Virus record (IMG/VR): IMGVR_UViG_3300005253_000034
Location: 1-54,311 of that record
Origin: a virus
Taxonomy: Duplodnaviria; Caudoviricetes
Length of the DNA stretch: 54,311 nucleotides
Reading direction: 5' to 3' (one strand)
The position numbers and the translations under genes were made by a program. The notes under the pieces were generated by a model, which was not told the origin of the DNA, ran no database searches, and worked only from the letters and a program-made list of their open reading frames with translations. This document shows, piece after piece, positions 16,570-26,237 of the stretch; within the stretch, counting starts at the first letter, position 1, and each line of letters starts with the position of its first letter.

Positions 16570-16930
16570 TTTTTGCCTCTCTATTTCTGATATATTCTAT
16601 ATAGGTATCCCCGTGACAGGCCAGTGGCTTGCAGGAGCAGCCTATTATATCGCCTCTCAATTCATTCCACACGGCCTCTTGTAGTTCCCGGTCCTCGTAG
16701 AAATCCTTTTTGTGTTTTGCTATTACATCTTCACGAGTGCCATCCAACCCAATTTGATATTTGTTCCCAAATTTAGTTCCCCGACCGATATATACTGAAT
16801 AAGGTTTATGGTGTCGATTGACAACGATAGTTTCCATTTTTTTACATTTTTCAAAAGGACAACCCTTACAGCCAACATTCATTCCGTAATCAGGATTTTC
16901 GCAAGTGTCAAGTCCACAATTTTCAATCAT
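16556..16930 (-). CDS. DUF4326-like protein
   Basis: VYIGRGTKFGNKY...GCSCKPLACHGD. Confidence 0.8.
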   Translation of the reverse strand: MIENCGLDTCENPDYGMNVGCKGCPFEKCKKMETIVVNRHHKPYSVYIGRGTKFGNKYQIGLDGTREDVIAKHKKDFYEDRELQEAVWNELRGDIIGCSCKPLACHGDTYIEYIRNREAKNETG

Positions 16931-17130
16931 ATTTGCTCCCTATACTGAAAAGGACAATGTGGTTCTTTCCCGGAAATATCAACCCAATAATTTTTGTTGT
17001 ATTCTATATCACAACTTCCTTCTTTCCCTAAAGCCCAAGGACATTTCTCGTGGTAATGCCTACATATACTCCAACAACTTCTATATTGTAAATCCCCTGG
17101 AATAATACGTTTCCCCATCATATCAATCAT
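16927..17130 (-). CDS. hypothetical protein
   Basis: ATGA overlaps. Confidence 0.5.
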   Translation of the reverse strand: MIDMMGKRIIPGDLQYRSCWSICRHYHEKCPWALGKEGSCDIEYNKNYWVDISGKEPHCPFQYREQI

Positions 17131-19754
17131 ATATTATACCTCTCTTTTTCGACTATCCAGGGAATCTCTCGGCCAACCCACCTGTAGAGAATTTCAAGTA
17201 CAGGGGCGTGTTCCATATTCCTGATTATTATTTCATCCACGACTTCTTCCTCGCCGGGATATATGTCGGCAAAGAGGGCATCATAAATCTGCAAACAAAT
17301 CAAAGTTTTTAGATGCAGGTCTCGAAATTCCTGAATTATTTGGAAGTGGGCCGACTGGAGAAGTTGAGCACACGGAGTCTGGTGCATAAAGTTACATATT
17401 TCACTAATATAATTCGCTACCCCACTTGGTCCCAACCCAAAAGTCCGACTCCATCCAGTAGGTAGCATAAGATACCCCTGTTTAGCCGCCAAATCAATTA
17501 TGCTATCTTGCCATTTCTTATAGACAGGATGCTTCTCGTACCACACCTTTATAGATTTATCACAAAAAGCCAAATCTAATTCTACCCCAGTATCCCTAAG
17601 CACCAAAGATTGTAAGGCCACTGGGCCACCTTTGAAAACAACCAAGAAATTTAGACTTTTAGTTGCCTTATATTCTTTAGGGTATTTTTCCTTAAAATCA
17701 GGACAAAATATATCTGGGAAAATAGCCGCCGCCGTTTCGAGATGAATACTTTCTCCCTCTTTTTGATAAACTTCCATCAATGCAGGGTCACCCGACAACA
17801 ACGCCGCCATCCTCAAATGGTCTTGATTATAATCATACTCGGCTAACTTTCCCCCGACCCAACGAGAAGTTGAACATTCTCTAATGGAAGGGGGTTCAGT
17901 TTGCCTTGCAGGTTTTTTACAACTAAAACGTCCTTGTGTTTGCCCACCAACTTTGTCGTCTGAACTACCTCCCCGTTCAAAATAACTTGGAATTGGATAC
18001 CATGAGGGGTAAACCATACCCACATTTCCTGTTCGGATAACGATTCCCCGTCTGGGATTTTCGAGCAATGGTTTTGTGTAGGTGTTGACAATTTTGCTCC
18101 TTTCCTTAAATTCCTGAAACTTAGATACGATGTCCAGATGAATCCCACCCGGCAAATGTTTTTTCAACAGATTAGCATTCTCGACTCCGATAGAAATGTT
18201 TCTCGTCTTGTCCGTGTACTGAACCCGGCTGTCTCCGAGTAAATCTGCTTCAACTACACACTCCGAGAAGAACTGCCGCAAGGGTTTATCTGAGCCTTTC
18301 CCTTTTAGTTTTATTCCGTGTTCTGTTTCGGTTTCCTGCACGAGTTCCTCACATCGAGCAGCTTCTTGGTTGTGGAAACCAGTTAGCTTCTGGATGTCCA
18401 GAGCACTCCCGTTCATATCCAAATCGAAAGTATCCCACACGATTACATTTCTCATCCACGCACATTCGTTACTGATTTTCGGAGAGGTTGGGCCATACCG
18501 CTCAACCATCCTCCGCAGTATTTCTTCTCGCAACTTCAAAGTGGTGACACCATCGACCCCGTTGTACTTATGTAAGTCTTTATCCCAAGGGGACTTAGCA
18601 CTGCCAGATTTCGCAGTAATCATCACTTTACTGTAATCGGAAATCCCCATCAGCATCGACAATTCCTTGAGACCTTTCTCCGGCTGTTGTTCATATAAAA
18701 GAAAACTCAAAATCAAGGTGTCATCTACTTTTAACCTGCGAGGGTCAATCCAGTATCGAAGCTCCGTATCTGCGGAGGCCAGATACATCAAATCAAATTT
18801 TATATTCTGCCCGACAAGAGTAATATTTTGCCGACAAATTACCTGGAACCACTGCCGAATAATCCCCAGATGCTTTGGGTCGCTGAATACATATTCCGCC
18901 GAGTGTATTTTCCCATAAGACAAATCTCGCCACGAAAAATTGACGCAAACTACTTGGTCGGGGAAATCAATTCCATCAATATATTTTGATTTAACGGGAT
19001 TAAAAACTGTTTGTTCTACCTCCTGCAAAATTCCATAGGTTTCAATGTCGCAGGAAACTACTCCCGGTAGCTCCCAAGCCCAAGGGACAGGGATCCCCAG
19101 TTCCGGCTCCTCGATTTCCTCATTAGGAATAAACTTGCCTTCCAGATACCTCCGCAAGAGCAAGAAATGAGCTTCAACCGCTCGTACCAATGCAGGTTTC
19201 CTCAAAGGATGCAACATCGCCAAGTGAAAAGTGCTAAAGACCCGAACCATCGGGAAATCTGGCATCTTTGCCCCCTGTTTCTTAAATGTCTCTTTTAATG
19301 AGCTAATGTTTGTGACGCTATAGGCTCCCTTAGCTCCAATGGCAAAGATAATAACTTCCTCGTACTTGCTCAATAGATATATTATATCCTCAAATAGATA
19401 ATCCCGACAGGCTCTCACCTGTGCTTGAGATACGTCACCGCCTTGAGGATGCCGACAGCGACAAGCATTCGCCAAGTAAATATCACAGTATTTTTCCAGT
19501 TTAGAGGCTTCAATCAATTTGGCGAGTAGCTGTCCGGTATATCCAACCCAAGATTTCCCCTGTTTATCTTCATTCACACCGGGATTTTGACCGACAACCA
19601 AAAGAGCTTTGTCTTTCTCAACCCAAGGATTTTCATTTACATCCCGCGAATTACTAACCAAGGGACCTAATCTTCGGGTCGGTATCCCCACATTCGTCGC
19701 CGAATCACAGAGCGTACATTTCGTACAATCAGGATGTGCTTGGAATTCAATCAT
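17127..19754 (-). CDS. polA: family A DNA polymerase with N-terminal family-4 UDG-like domain and 3'-5' exonuclease
   Basis: UDG: CTKCTLC, VGQNPG, NACRC, TFH. Exo: DIET, NIKFD, YNGVD. Pol: DYNQDHLR, KSLNF, QIYDAL. Confidence 0.9.
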   Translation of the reverse strand: MIEFQAHPDCTKCTLCDSATNVGIPTRRLGPLVSNSRDVNENPWVEKDKALLVVGQNPGVNEDKQGKSWVGYTGQLLAKLIEASKLEKYCDIYLANACRCRHPQGGDVSQAQVRACRDYLFEDIIYLLSKYEEVIIFAIGAKGAYSVTNISSLKETFKKQGAKMPDFPMVRVFSTFHLAMLHPLRKPALVRAVEAHFLLLRRYLEGKFIPNEEIEEPELGIPVPWAWELPGVVSCDIETYGILQEVEQTVFNPVKSKYIDGIDFPDQVVCVNFSWRDLSYGKIHSAEYVFSDPKHLGIIRQWFQVICRQNITLVGQNIKFDLMYLASADTELRYWIDPRRLKVDDTLILSFLLYEQQPEKGLKELSMLMGISDYSKVMITAKSGSAKSPWDKDLHKYNGVDGVTTLKLREEILRRMVERYGPTSPKISNECAWMRNVIVWDTFDLDMNGSALDIQKLTGFHNQEAARCEELVQETETEHGIKLKGKGSDKPLRQFFSECVVEADLLGDSRVQYTDKTRNISIGVENANLLKKHLPGGIHLDIVSKFQEFKERSKIVNTYTKPLLENPRRGIVIRTGNVGMVYPSWYPIPSYFERGGSSDDKVGGQTQGRFSCKKPARQTEPPSIRECSTSRWVGGKLAEYDYNQDHLRMAALLSGDPALMEVYQKEGESIHLETAAAIFPDIFCPDFKEKYPKEYKATKSLNFLVVFKGGPVALQSLVLRDTGVELDLAFCDKSIKVWYEKHPVYKKWQDSIIDLAAKQGYLMLPTGWSRTFGLGPSGVANYISEICNFMHQTPCAQLLQSAHFQIIQEFRDLHLKTLICLQIYDALFADIYPGEEEVVDEIIIRNMEHAPVLEILYRWVGREIPWIVEKERYNI

Positions 19755-19948
19755 ACTTTAACTTGAAATTTCTCAGGCAAGTCGCATTGATTTATGTCGC
19801 CATCACAGTTACAAGCAATATGGGAATCCCCGGAGACTTCACACCAATATTTCTCCGAAACGCCACATTGGTGTTCGTCTCCTTCGAAGTAACGACAAGT
19901 TATTCGCAAACAAGACAACAACAATTTTAACTTAAAAGAACCAGTCAT
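19751..19948 (-). CDS. Cys-rich hypothetical protein
   Basis: ATGA overlaps. Confidence 0.5.
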   Translation of the reverse strand: MTGSFKLKLLLSCLRITCRYFEGDEHQCGVSEKYWCEVSGDSHIACNCDGDINQCDLPEKFQVKV

Positions 19949-20166
19949 TTTTTTACCCTCACTAAATTGGCAGCCTCAAAGAAAGATATTTTTCGTCCCA
20001 ATATTCTCTCGGCCTTCTTCCTAAACCTTTCAATTTTTTGAAGAGCCTTGAGTGTTTGGCAGTTTCTAATATGCTGCCGATGTTTCTTCTTGGCTTTTTC
20101 GAGCGACCTCGAACAGAATATTTGGTCACAAGCCCGACAACTAATTCGGTATATTTCTATTTTCAT
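19945..20166 (-). CDS. C2H2-like zinc finger basic protein
   Basis: CRAC...H..H...C. Confidence 0.55.
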   Translation of the reverse strand: MKIEIYRISCRACDQIFCSRSLEKAKKKHRQHIRNCQTLKALQKIERFRKKAERILGRKISFFEAANLVRVKK

Positions 20167-20260
20167 TTCTTAGTAATTTGGAGGATGTGTATAATAAGGC
20201 TCACGGTCAACATAAAGCTAACTATAGTCAGACAAATTTTTATTATCATTTTTCTTCCTT

Positions 20261-20485
20261 TCAATGTGATTCTATGGTTATATCTTCTATTCGATGAGGT
20301 GGAATTGCCAACACTTCCGAAGAACTCATTTCCTCAAAAAGACCTGTGGCAAACATTTTCGTTGCGGTGTTTTTGCCTATGCTGATTCGTTCTTTTTCCG
20401 AGGTATAAGGATAATTATTTGTAATTATCACAACATCAGGAGGATTTACAATTCTAACTATTAATCGAACATAATTCGTAGCCAC
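20261..20485 (-). CDS. hypothetical protein
   Basis: GAAAGGA RBS; first gene after the promoter. Confidence 0.6.
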   Translation of the reverse strand: MATNYVRLIVRIVNPPDVVIITNNYPYTSEKERISIGKNTATKMFATGLFEEMSSSEVLAIPPHRIEDITIESH

Positions 20486-20509
20486 TCTCTATCCTTTCAA
20501 TATGTGTGT

Positions 20510-20538
20510 ATTATACAAAACCTGTGGGGGTAAGTCAA
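20510..20538 (-). promoter_or_regulatory. promoter TTGACT-N17-TATAAT heading the replication operon
   Basis: Consensus match. Confidence 0.8.
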
Positions 20539-20552
20539 GTCTAAAATAAATT

Positions 20553-23500
20553 TTATTGGAGATATTTTCTGAGACCGACATCACCCACGTCGATGTCTTG
20601 GGTGATATTGGCGAGCGAGGCTTCGCCGAGGATTTGACTAAAAAGTGGACGATATGCTGAGGGTAGTCCTTTCTCGATTCGATGTAGTCGGGATACTTGT
20701 CGGCGGTTCTCAAGAGCTTTAATATCGGACTTCTTTACCTGCAGAGGCCCGAGTTCGGGATATGCTTTCGTCCATTCTCGTTGAACAGTTTCAGCCTTTC
20801 GGGTGTCATTCTCGGATAGAGCTTGAAGATAATCCCGCTTATATGCTCGTATTTTCTCCCGCTGTGCCAATAACCACTGAGCCGCCCCCTGCTCCGCAGC
20901 AACGCCACTGGGACGCAATCCTAACGATTTAAGGGTAAGTTGTAGAGGAGTCAAAGCTCCTATTAAGGCGTGTTTGTTGTTGTAAATAGGTATCCGACCA
21001 TCCGGGGTTTTGTTCCGATAATCTGCATATTTAGGATGCAAGGCTCGATATGCTTTCCTTGCCCCTATGCCGCCTGGAACCAACAGGGCTGCTGTGGCTC
21101 CTAAGTTCTTGGTTTCACCTGTCAGGAGGGCTTTAGCCGCAGTTCCAAGGACTCCGACTGCTGGAGGTACAAGAGGCCAGGGATAAAAAGGAGCACCCTC
21201 GTATGTAGGTACTGGTAAAGCCCCTGTCATCAATCCTGCCGATAAATCGACCCCTAATAGGTTCTTTGCCCCCACATACATCGCCGTAGAGCCTGCCAGA
21301 GTCCTACCAATCGTCCCCCAGTCCAATTTAGAGGGGTCTGGCCCCATCCTGAGCGACCCGTGTAGCATAGCCCCAAATCTCAATGGGAAGTGCATAAACT
21401 GTCGCCAAGGAGTCCAGACATTAATCAGGGCTTTTGGTATCCCCAGCGGTCCACCCGTGAACTGAGTCGTCATAGTAAGAGTCTGCCCAATCTTACCAGC
21501 CTCTCGAAATATCGTATCCTTCACTGCGGAGGTAGCTCCAGCCAATTTATGAGCATTTTGATACAGGTGTTGATTTCTTCCGGCGTAGTAGGTTATGATC
21601 CTATTGAAGCCTTCTGAGGTACTAAAAGGCATCAGCATCGCAGTCTTGACTTTTTCCCAAGCCCCACCACTAATCAGCTTTCGGGCAAAGCCCTCCTTGG
21701 CGATGTCTCCTGCAAGAAGAGACTCTACAATCTGAGAGGCATCCCCCATATCCGCCACATATTCTGGGAAGGCGGCACGAAAAGCTGCCTTTGTGGTTTT
21801 TCCATCAACAACAACTGCTTTGACGTAGTTTTGCATCTTGGCAAGTGCTCCCGGCCCACCCGGAACACCCTTGAGACCTCGATACATTCCCTGTGGTCCA
21901 ACCACGTTCAGAGTTGTCAGCAAAGTCTGTAGGCTATTCTTACTTGCCGGGGAGATATTAGCTCCAAGGGTCGAGAGATGGAACCAGTGGGAAATATTTG
22001 CACCCAAACCCTCCGCAGAGAGAGAGCGTGTTGCATCTCCGGTGTAGTTCATTATCCAATCTTTCCCTTTTGGCCCGAGAAGTTTATCCACCATTGGGTG
22101 TGTACTAACGAATTGATGCACTTTAGCTTTTTTCAGCGAGAACGAAATAGACCTTTGGAGTTCTTGGTAGGATTTCAATCCCATTACATGAGGCACTAAA
22201 TCATCATATACATAGGATTCAAGATGGGGTTGGTTTCCCCATACCCCAGGTTGCTTGGTGATGTCGTTTATTTTTTTCCCCGCTCCTGACCCGTGCCAAG
22301 AATGAATGGTAGCCGAGGAATTGGCATATCGCTGGGTGGCATCCCAAACATTGAGTGTATATTGACGGGGCGTTCCCATTACCCGCCCGACTTCTCGTAG
22401 TTCATCTTGGAAAAATCCACTCCCCTTGATATTTGCTTCCGAGAGAGAATCCCCCATAGCAAATAAAGTGTCCTTGGCAGTATTATGCCCTCCAAATCGG
22501 CCTGCAAAATCAAGTTTTTTCCCGGCTCCTTTCGTGAAGTAATTTTCCATTCTCCGTACAAATTCGACATTAGTTCGCCCCGGGTCCAATCCTAAGCGAC
22601 TAATTTCGTGCCAAGTCTTTCCTACTTCACGGGCAGCATCGTCTCCCCAACGACGAAACACAGAAGTTGCTGCCGCTGTATAGCCTTGGGGAATTACCCC
22701 TTGGGATTCCAGTAGTTGCAAGTGTTCTATACTGGGCATACCTCCACCTTTTCTGGCAATGGTGTGTCCCGAAATTGGCCCAGTCGCAGCCTCTTTTCGC
22801 ATAAACTTTGCATAACGCTTCCGGGTGGTTCCTCTTACAGCTTTTAGGTAGTATTTATCATACTGAGTATTTCTCGGAAAATAATGCTTTACATCATCTC
22901 CATAAGTTAAACCCTGTTTTGCCAAAGCGTCTCTTATTCTATCCTCTCCTCCCGGAGTATTCTTTAATGTGGCTCGGACTTTGTTCAGCCATCCCCGGAG
23001 ACCTCCAGCAAGTCCAGAGGTTTCTTTCCTCATTCCAGCCCTAAGACCCACTGCCACAGGAATGTTTTTCCCTCCCAATACAGCGATTATTTCCGGCTCA
23101 TTGCCAAGCATCTTTACCAGAGAATGCCCGGGAGTATGTAGTCCATCTAACCGTGCCGCCACCATATACCCTTCGGCTTTTGAGAGTCGCCCCGCCTTGG
23201 AGAATAAGCCGTTTATGTCATCTATATACTTCCCGATAAATCTCGTCTTGGATTCCACAACATCTGCTAAACCTTGATACAATCCCGGGACACTGCGGAG
23301 GTTATTGATGGCCGGATGCAATCCCGACATCATCTTCCCCATTGCAACGGATTTTGGCAAAAGTCCGGCAGCTAAATCCATCAGGGGTTTAGTCGAACCG
23401 ATTGGGAATTTCCACAATCCCACAGCCAGTCCGATGATGACGAGAGGATTGGTTGCCATATCCGTGATTGTTTTGAGAAGTGGATTTGGTTTCTTGCCCT

Positions 23501-23696
23501 TGAATAAGGCATTTTTGAAGGCCTGTATTTCGTGAGGAGTCAATGTTTGTGGAGCAAAAATAGATCGAGTCATTGCATCGACATCTCCCCGCAACAAATT
23601 AGCAAAAGCCAACTGTGGGCGGTCATAGAAAGTGATAGGGAAATCCGCTGATGCGATACCAAAGGGAACATCTGTATCGGGACTATATTTAGGCAT
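20553..23696 (-). CDS. large (1047 aa) probable internal virion/DNA ejection protein
   Basis: Size, Gly/Ala-rich helical composition, last gene of the structural module; function inferred from position. Confidence 0.55.
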   Translation of the reverse strand: MPKYSPDTDVPFGIASADFPITFYDRPQLAFANLLRGDVDAMTRSIFAPQTLTPHEIQAFKNALFKGKKPNPLLKTITDMATNPLVIIGLAVGLWKFPIGSTKPLMDLAAGLLPKSVAMGKMMSGLHPAINNLRSVPGLYQGLADVVESKTRFIGKYIDDINGLFSKAGRLSKAEGYMVAARLDGLHTPGHSLVKMLGNEPEIIAVLGGKNIPVAVGLRAGMRKETSGLAGGLRGWLNKVRATLKNTPGGEDRIRDALAKQGLTYGDDVKHYFPRNTQYDKYYLKAVRGTTRKRYAKFMRKEAATGPISGHTIARKGGGMPSIEHLQLLESQGVIPQGYTAAATSVFRRWGDDAAREVGKTWHEISRLGLDPGRTNVEFVRRMENYFTKGAGKKLDFAGRFGGHNTAKDTLFAMGDSLSEANIKGSGFFQDELREVGRVMGTPRQYTLNVWDATQRYANSSATIHSWHGSGAGKKINDITKQPGVWGNQPHLESYVYDDLVPHVMGLKSYQELQRSISFSLKKAKVHQFVSTHPMVDKLLGPKGKDWIMNYTGDATRSLSAEGLGANISHWFHLSTLGANISPASKNSLQTLLTTLNVVGPQGMYRGLKGVPGGPGALAKMQNYVKAVVVDGKTTKAAFRAAFPEYVADMGDASQIVESLLAGDIAKEGFARKLISGGAWEKVKTAMLMPFSTSEGFNRIITYYAGRNQHLYQNAHKLAGATSAVKDTIFREAGKIGQTLTMTTQFTGGPLGIPKALINVWTPWRQFMHFPLRFGAMLHGSLRMGPDPSKLDWGTIGRTLAGSTAMYVGAKNLLGVDLSAGLMTGALPVPTYEGAPFYPWPLVPPAVGVLGTAAKALLTGETKNLGATAALLVPGGIGARKAYRALHPKYADYRNKTPDGRIPIYNNKHALIGALTPLQLTLKSLGLRPSGVAAEQGAAQWLLAQREKIRAYKRDYLQALSENDTRKAETVQREWTKAYPELGPLQVKKSDIKALENRRQVSRLHRIEKGLPSAYRPLFSQILGEASLANITQDIDVGDVGLRKYLQ

Positions 23697-23700
23697 ATAT

Positions 23701-23994
23701 TTATTTTTCTATAACTCGACCGGCATCTATTCGGGGAACGGGCGAAGGGTAAACCATACAAGCAGCTAAAAGAGTGTCCCCTACTCCTTGTTTGGAAATT
23801 CCCCCCAATCCGAATAAAGAGCCCCCTGTTATTTTTCTGGAACTTACAATCGCTTTGGTGGGAGCTAACAAAGATAGAACAGCCTTCATTTTATCTTCCA
23901 GTTCTTTTTGAAAGGCTCCCCCTCTGAAATTTTCTATTCGGGTTACTGCGTCTAACGAAATTTCTAAATATAAAGTTATTTCAGGCTCTTGCAT
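23701..23994 (-). CDS. hypothetical protein with its own promoter (24032-24060, TTGACT-N17-TATTCT)
   Basis: GAAAGGA RBS; similarity to 14854-15138. Confidence 0.6.
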   Translation of the reverse strand: MQEPEITLYLEISLDAVTRIENFRGGAFQKELEDKMKAVLSLLAPTKAIVSSRKITGGSLFGLGGISKQGVGDTLLAACMVYPSPVPRIDAGRVIEK

Positions 23995-24076
23995 TATTCT
24001 TCCTTTCTAAAAAAAAATAATTTGTAATCGCAGAATAACATATCTATAGGAGAAAGTCAAGACAAAAATAAAAATT

Positions 24077-24457
24077 TTATCCCCCTATCATATATTCCCC
24101 CTTGGCCAAACTTGGGCCAAGTACGCCCCCACTAAGTTGAGAATATAACGCCTGTCGTGCCATACTTTCTTCCTCTTGAGCTTGAGGCTGAGCCGCCTGA
24201 AAGTAAAGCGATTCGGGTGTAATCATTTCGGCTTGGTTTTGGAGACTTGCTCGCTGAATGCCCCTCATTCCAGATTCGTGGCCCGCTTGCAATAACTTAT
24301 TCAAAAGCCAATATGCAAATATACCTCCAGCGGCCCCCTTTACTTTTGGATTGGCCGATAATTTGTCAAACCAAGAAACATCCCCCCCAGGAACCCCACC
24401 GATTCCGACTCCCGGTCCCGCTCCTGGCCCGATTGGCATACCTGTAGGTCTTGGCAT
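24077..24457 (-). CDS. probable virion/ejection protein
   Basis: Gly/Gln-rich; position. Confidence 0.5.
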   Translation of the reverse strand: MPRPTGMPIGPGAGPGVGIGGVPGGDVSWFDKLSANPKVKGAAGGIFAYWLLNKLLQAGHESGMRGIQRASLQNQAEMITPESLYFQAAQPQAQEEESMARQALYSQLSGGVLGPSLAKGEYMIGG

Positions 24458-24922
24458 CTAAAATCCCCCCCGCATAAGTCCCATCATTCCTGCACCACCT
24501 GCTCCGGGTTGTCGCTGTCCGATAGCTTGCATCGCCTGAAGCACCAAAGCCATTTGCCGGTCTTGACTTGCCGTAAAAGACCGCATAGCCTCCATATCTC
24601 GTTCCTCTCGACGTTCTTCTCTTTGAGCTTTCATCAGAGCGGTAATATATTTTTTTGTGTTTGCCCGAGACTCCTTAACAGTTCTCTTGGTAGCCTCCCC
24701 AGAAGCCTTCGCCATTAAGGTCTGGAGTTTTAATTGTTCCCGAGTCAATCCCCGCTCTCCCCGTTGACCTGCGGCTCCTAATAACATCGAACCACCTAAG
24801 AAACCATATCCAAGTCCGGGGACAAAAGATTTAGATTTATAAGCCGTCTTACCAAGTTTCAAGAGTTTCATTAAATATGGGAGAGCAGTGGCTCCTATTG
24901 CGGCGGCGGTAGCTATAGCCAT
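24458..24922 (-). CDS. probable virion/ejection (pilot-like) protein
   Basis: Hydrophobic Gly/Ala N-terminus plus coiled coil. Confidence 0.5.
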   Translation of the reverse strand: MAIATAAAIGATALPYLMKLLKLGKTAYKSKSFVPGLGYGFLGGSMLLGAAGQRGERGLTREQLKLQTLMAKASGEATKRTVKESRANTKKYITALMKAQREERREERDMEAMRSFTASQDRQMALVLQAMQAIGQRQPGAGGAGMMGLMRGGF

Positions 24923-26220
24923 TATTCAACTCCTTCATCAAATTGGGATTGGAATTTCTGATATAAAGGAAGGATAGAATTATTATAAAAATTCCAATTT
25001 TCAATATCGTACTGATTCATATCCGGCGTAATCTCCATTGGTTCGTATGGGTCTAATGATTTGGAGAAATCAGACACCATAGTAACAGCATCTACGTCCC
25101 CCTCCTCTGCTCTATAACGAGAAACTTGATTCCCAAGAGACGACCTTCGAATAGTTCTCAGGGAATATACAATTTTCTTCCCAACAGTCTCTGTCTTTGA
25201 GTCTTTTATAGGTTTGGTACTATCTTCAAGCCCTGTAAGACTTCTTATAAATTGAGACACATCTATATGTTTATCGTTCCAAAAATCCCACTCATCGCTT
25301 TTTCTATTGAAAGAATCTCTCCTCTCGGCAATGGAATCTCGCATTGCGTGCAATGCCCCGAAAGTACTATTAATATTTTCAGTGTCCACTTCCCCATTTA
25401 TCATCCGCTCTTCTACTTTATGTATATTAGCTGAGGACAAATTTTCCACAGATATTTTTCCCTCTTCCCGGGTAATGAGGTCTTGAAGAACGCCCATTGG
25501 ATCTGCCAAAGTCTCTTGGCGTTCCGCTGGAGCAGGATAAGTCATCCCCGCTCCCGCCCCCCGGAAAACCCCTCTTGGTTTCCGTGCCGGTAAATCCATC
25601 CGCTTATCATTCCTGATAGTTTCTCCTATATTTTCCTTTGCTAAGTCATATACTTCCTTATAGTCATCAAATTCATCTGCTTGGCCAAGCATAGTTGTTT
25701 TAATTTTTTCTGCCTTTTCCTCTTTTTTCGTCATAGTCCCAAACATCGACATCATTGCATTCGTATCTCGTATTTGTGCTTTTTCCCCTAATATTGCTCT
25801 AAATCTATCGAGAGATAACTGCCTTCCCATAGTTTCTTTTTTGACTTTTATATTCTTCTCAAACATAGCACGTTGCATATCTCTATCAAGTCCTGCTTCT
25901 TTAGATTGCAATTCTTGATTTATTTTTGTCATAGTTTTAGTAAATTCCATATCTTCCCGCCTCGCTGTTTCAGCTTCGGCAGCACGTCTATCTTCCGACG
26001 CTAATCTGGCTCCTGCTATAGTCCGCTGTGTTCCAGCTTGTATTCCTGCCCGTTGTGTTGCCCCGGCCTCTTGCATCCCCGTCCGCTGTGTTGCCCCAAC
26101 TTCCTGCATAGCAGCAACAAGGCGACTTTCAGCTTGTTGTTTACTCTGTTGTATAGACCGTTGAACATAAGGGTCTATTTGTCCACCAACTCGTGTAGGA
26201 GCATCTTTTGCTCTTGGCAT
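24922..26220 (-). CDS. probable internal virion protein (coiled-coil)
   Basis: GATQR repeats; position. Confidence 0.5.
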   Translation of the reverse strand: MPRAKDAPTRVGGQIDPYVQRSIQQSKQQAESRLVAAMQEVGATQRTGMQEAGATQRAGIQAGTQRTIAGARLASEDRRAAEAETARREDMEFTKTMTKINQELQSKEAGLDRDMQRAMFEKNIKVKKETMGRQLSLDRFRAILGEKAQIRDTNAMMSMFGTMTKKEEKAEKIKTTMLGQADEFDDYKEVYDLAKENIGETIRNDKRMDLPARKPRGVFRGAGAGMTYPAPAERQETLADPMGVLQDLITREEGKISVENLSSANIHKVEERMINGEVDTENINSTFGALHAMRDSIAERRDSFNRKSDEWDFWNDKHIDVSQFIRSLTGLEDSTKPIKDSKTETVGKKIVYSLRTIRRSSLGNQVSRYRAEEGDVDAVTMVSDFSKSLDPYEPMEITPDMNQYDIENWNFYNNSILPLYQKFQSQFDEGVE

Positions 26221-26237
26221 ATTTACACCTTAAATTT

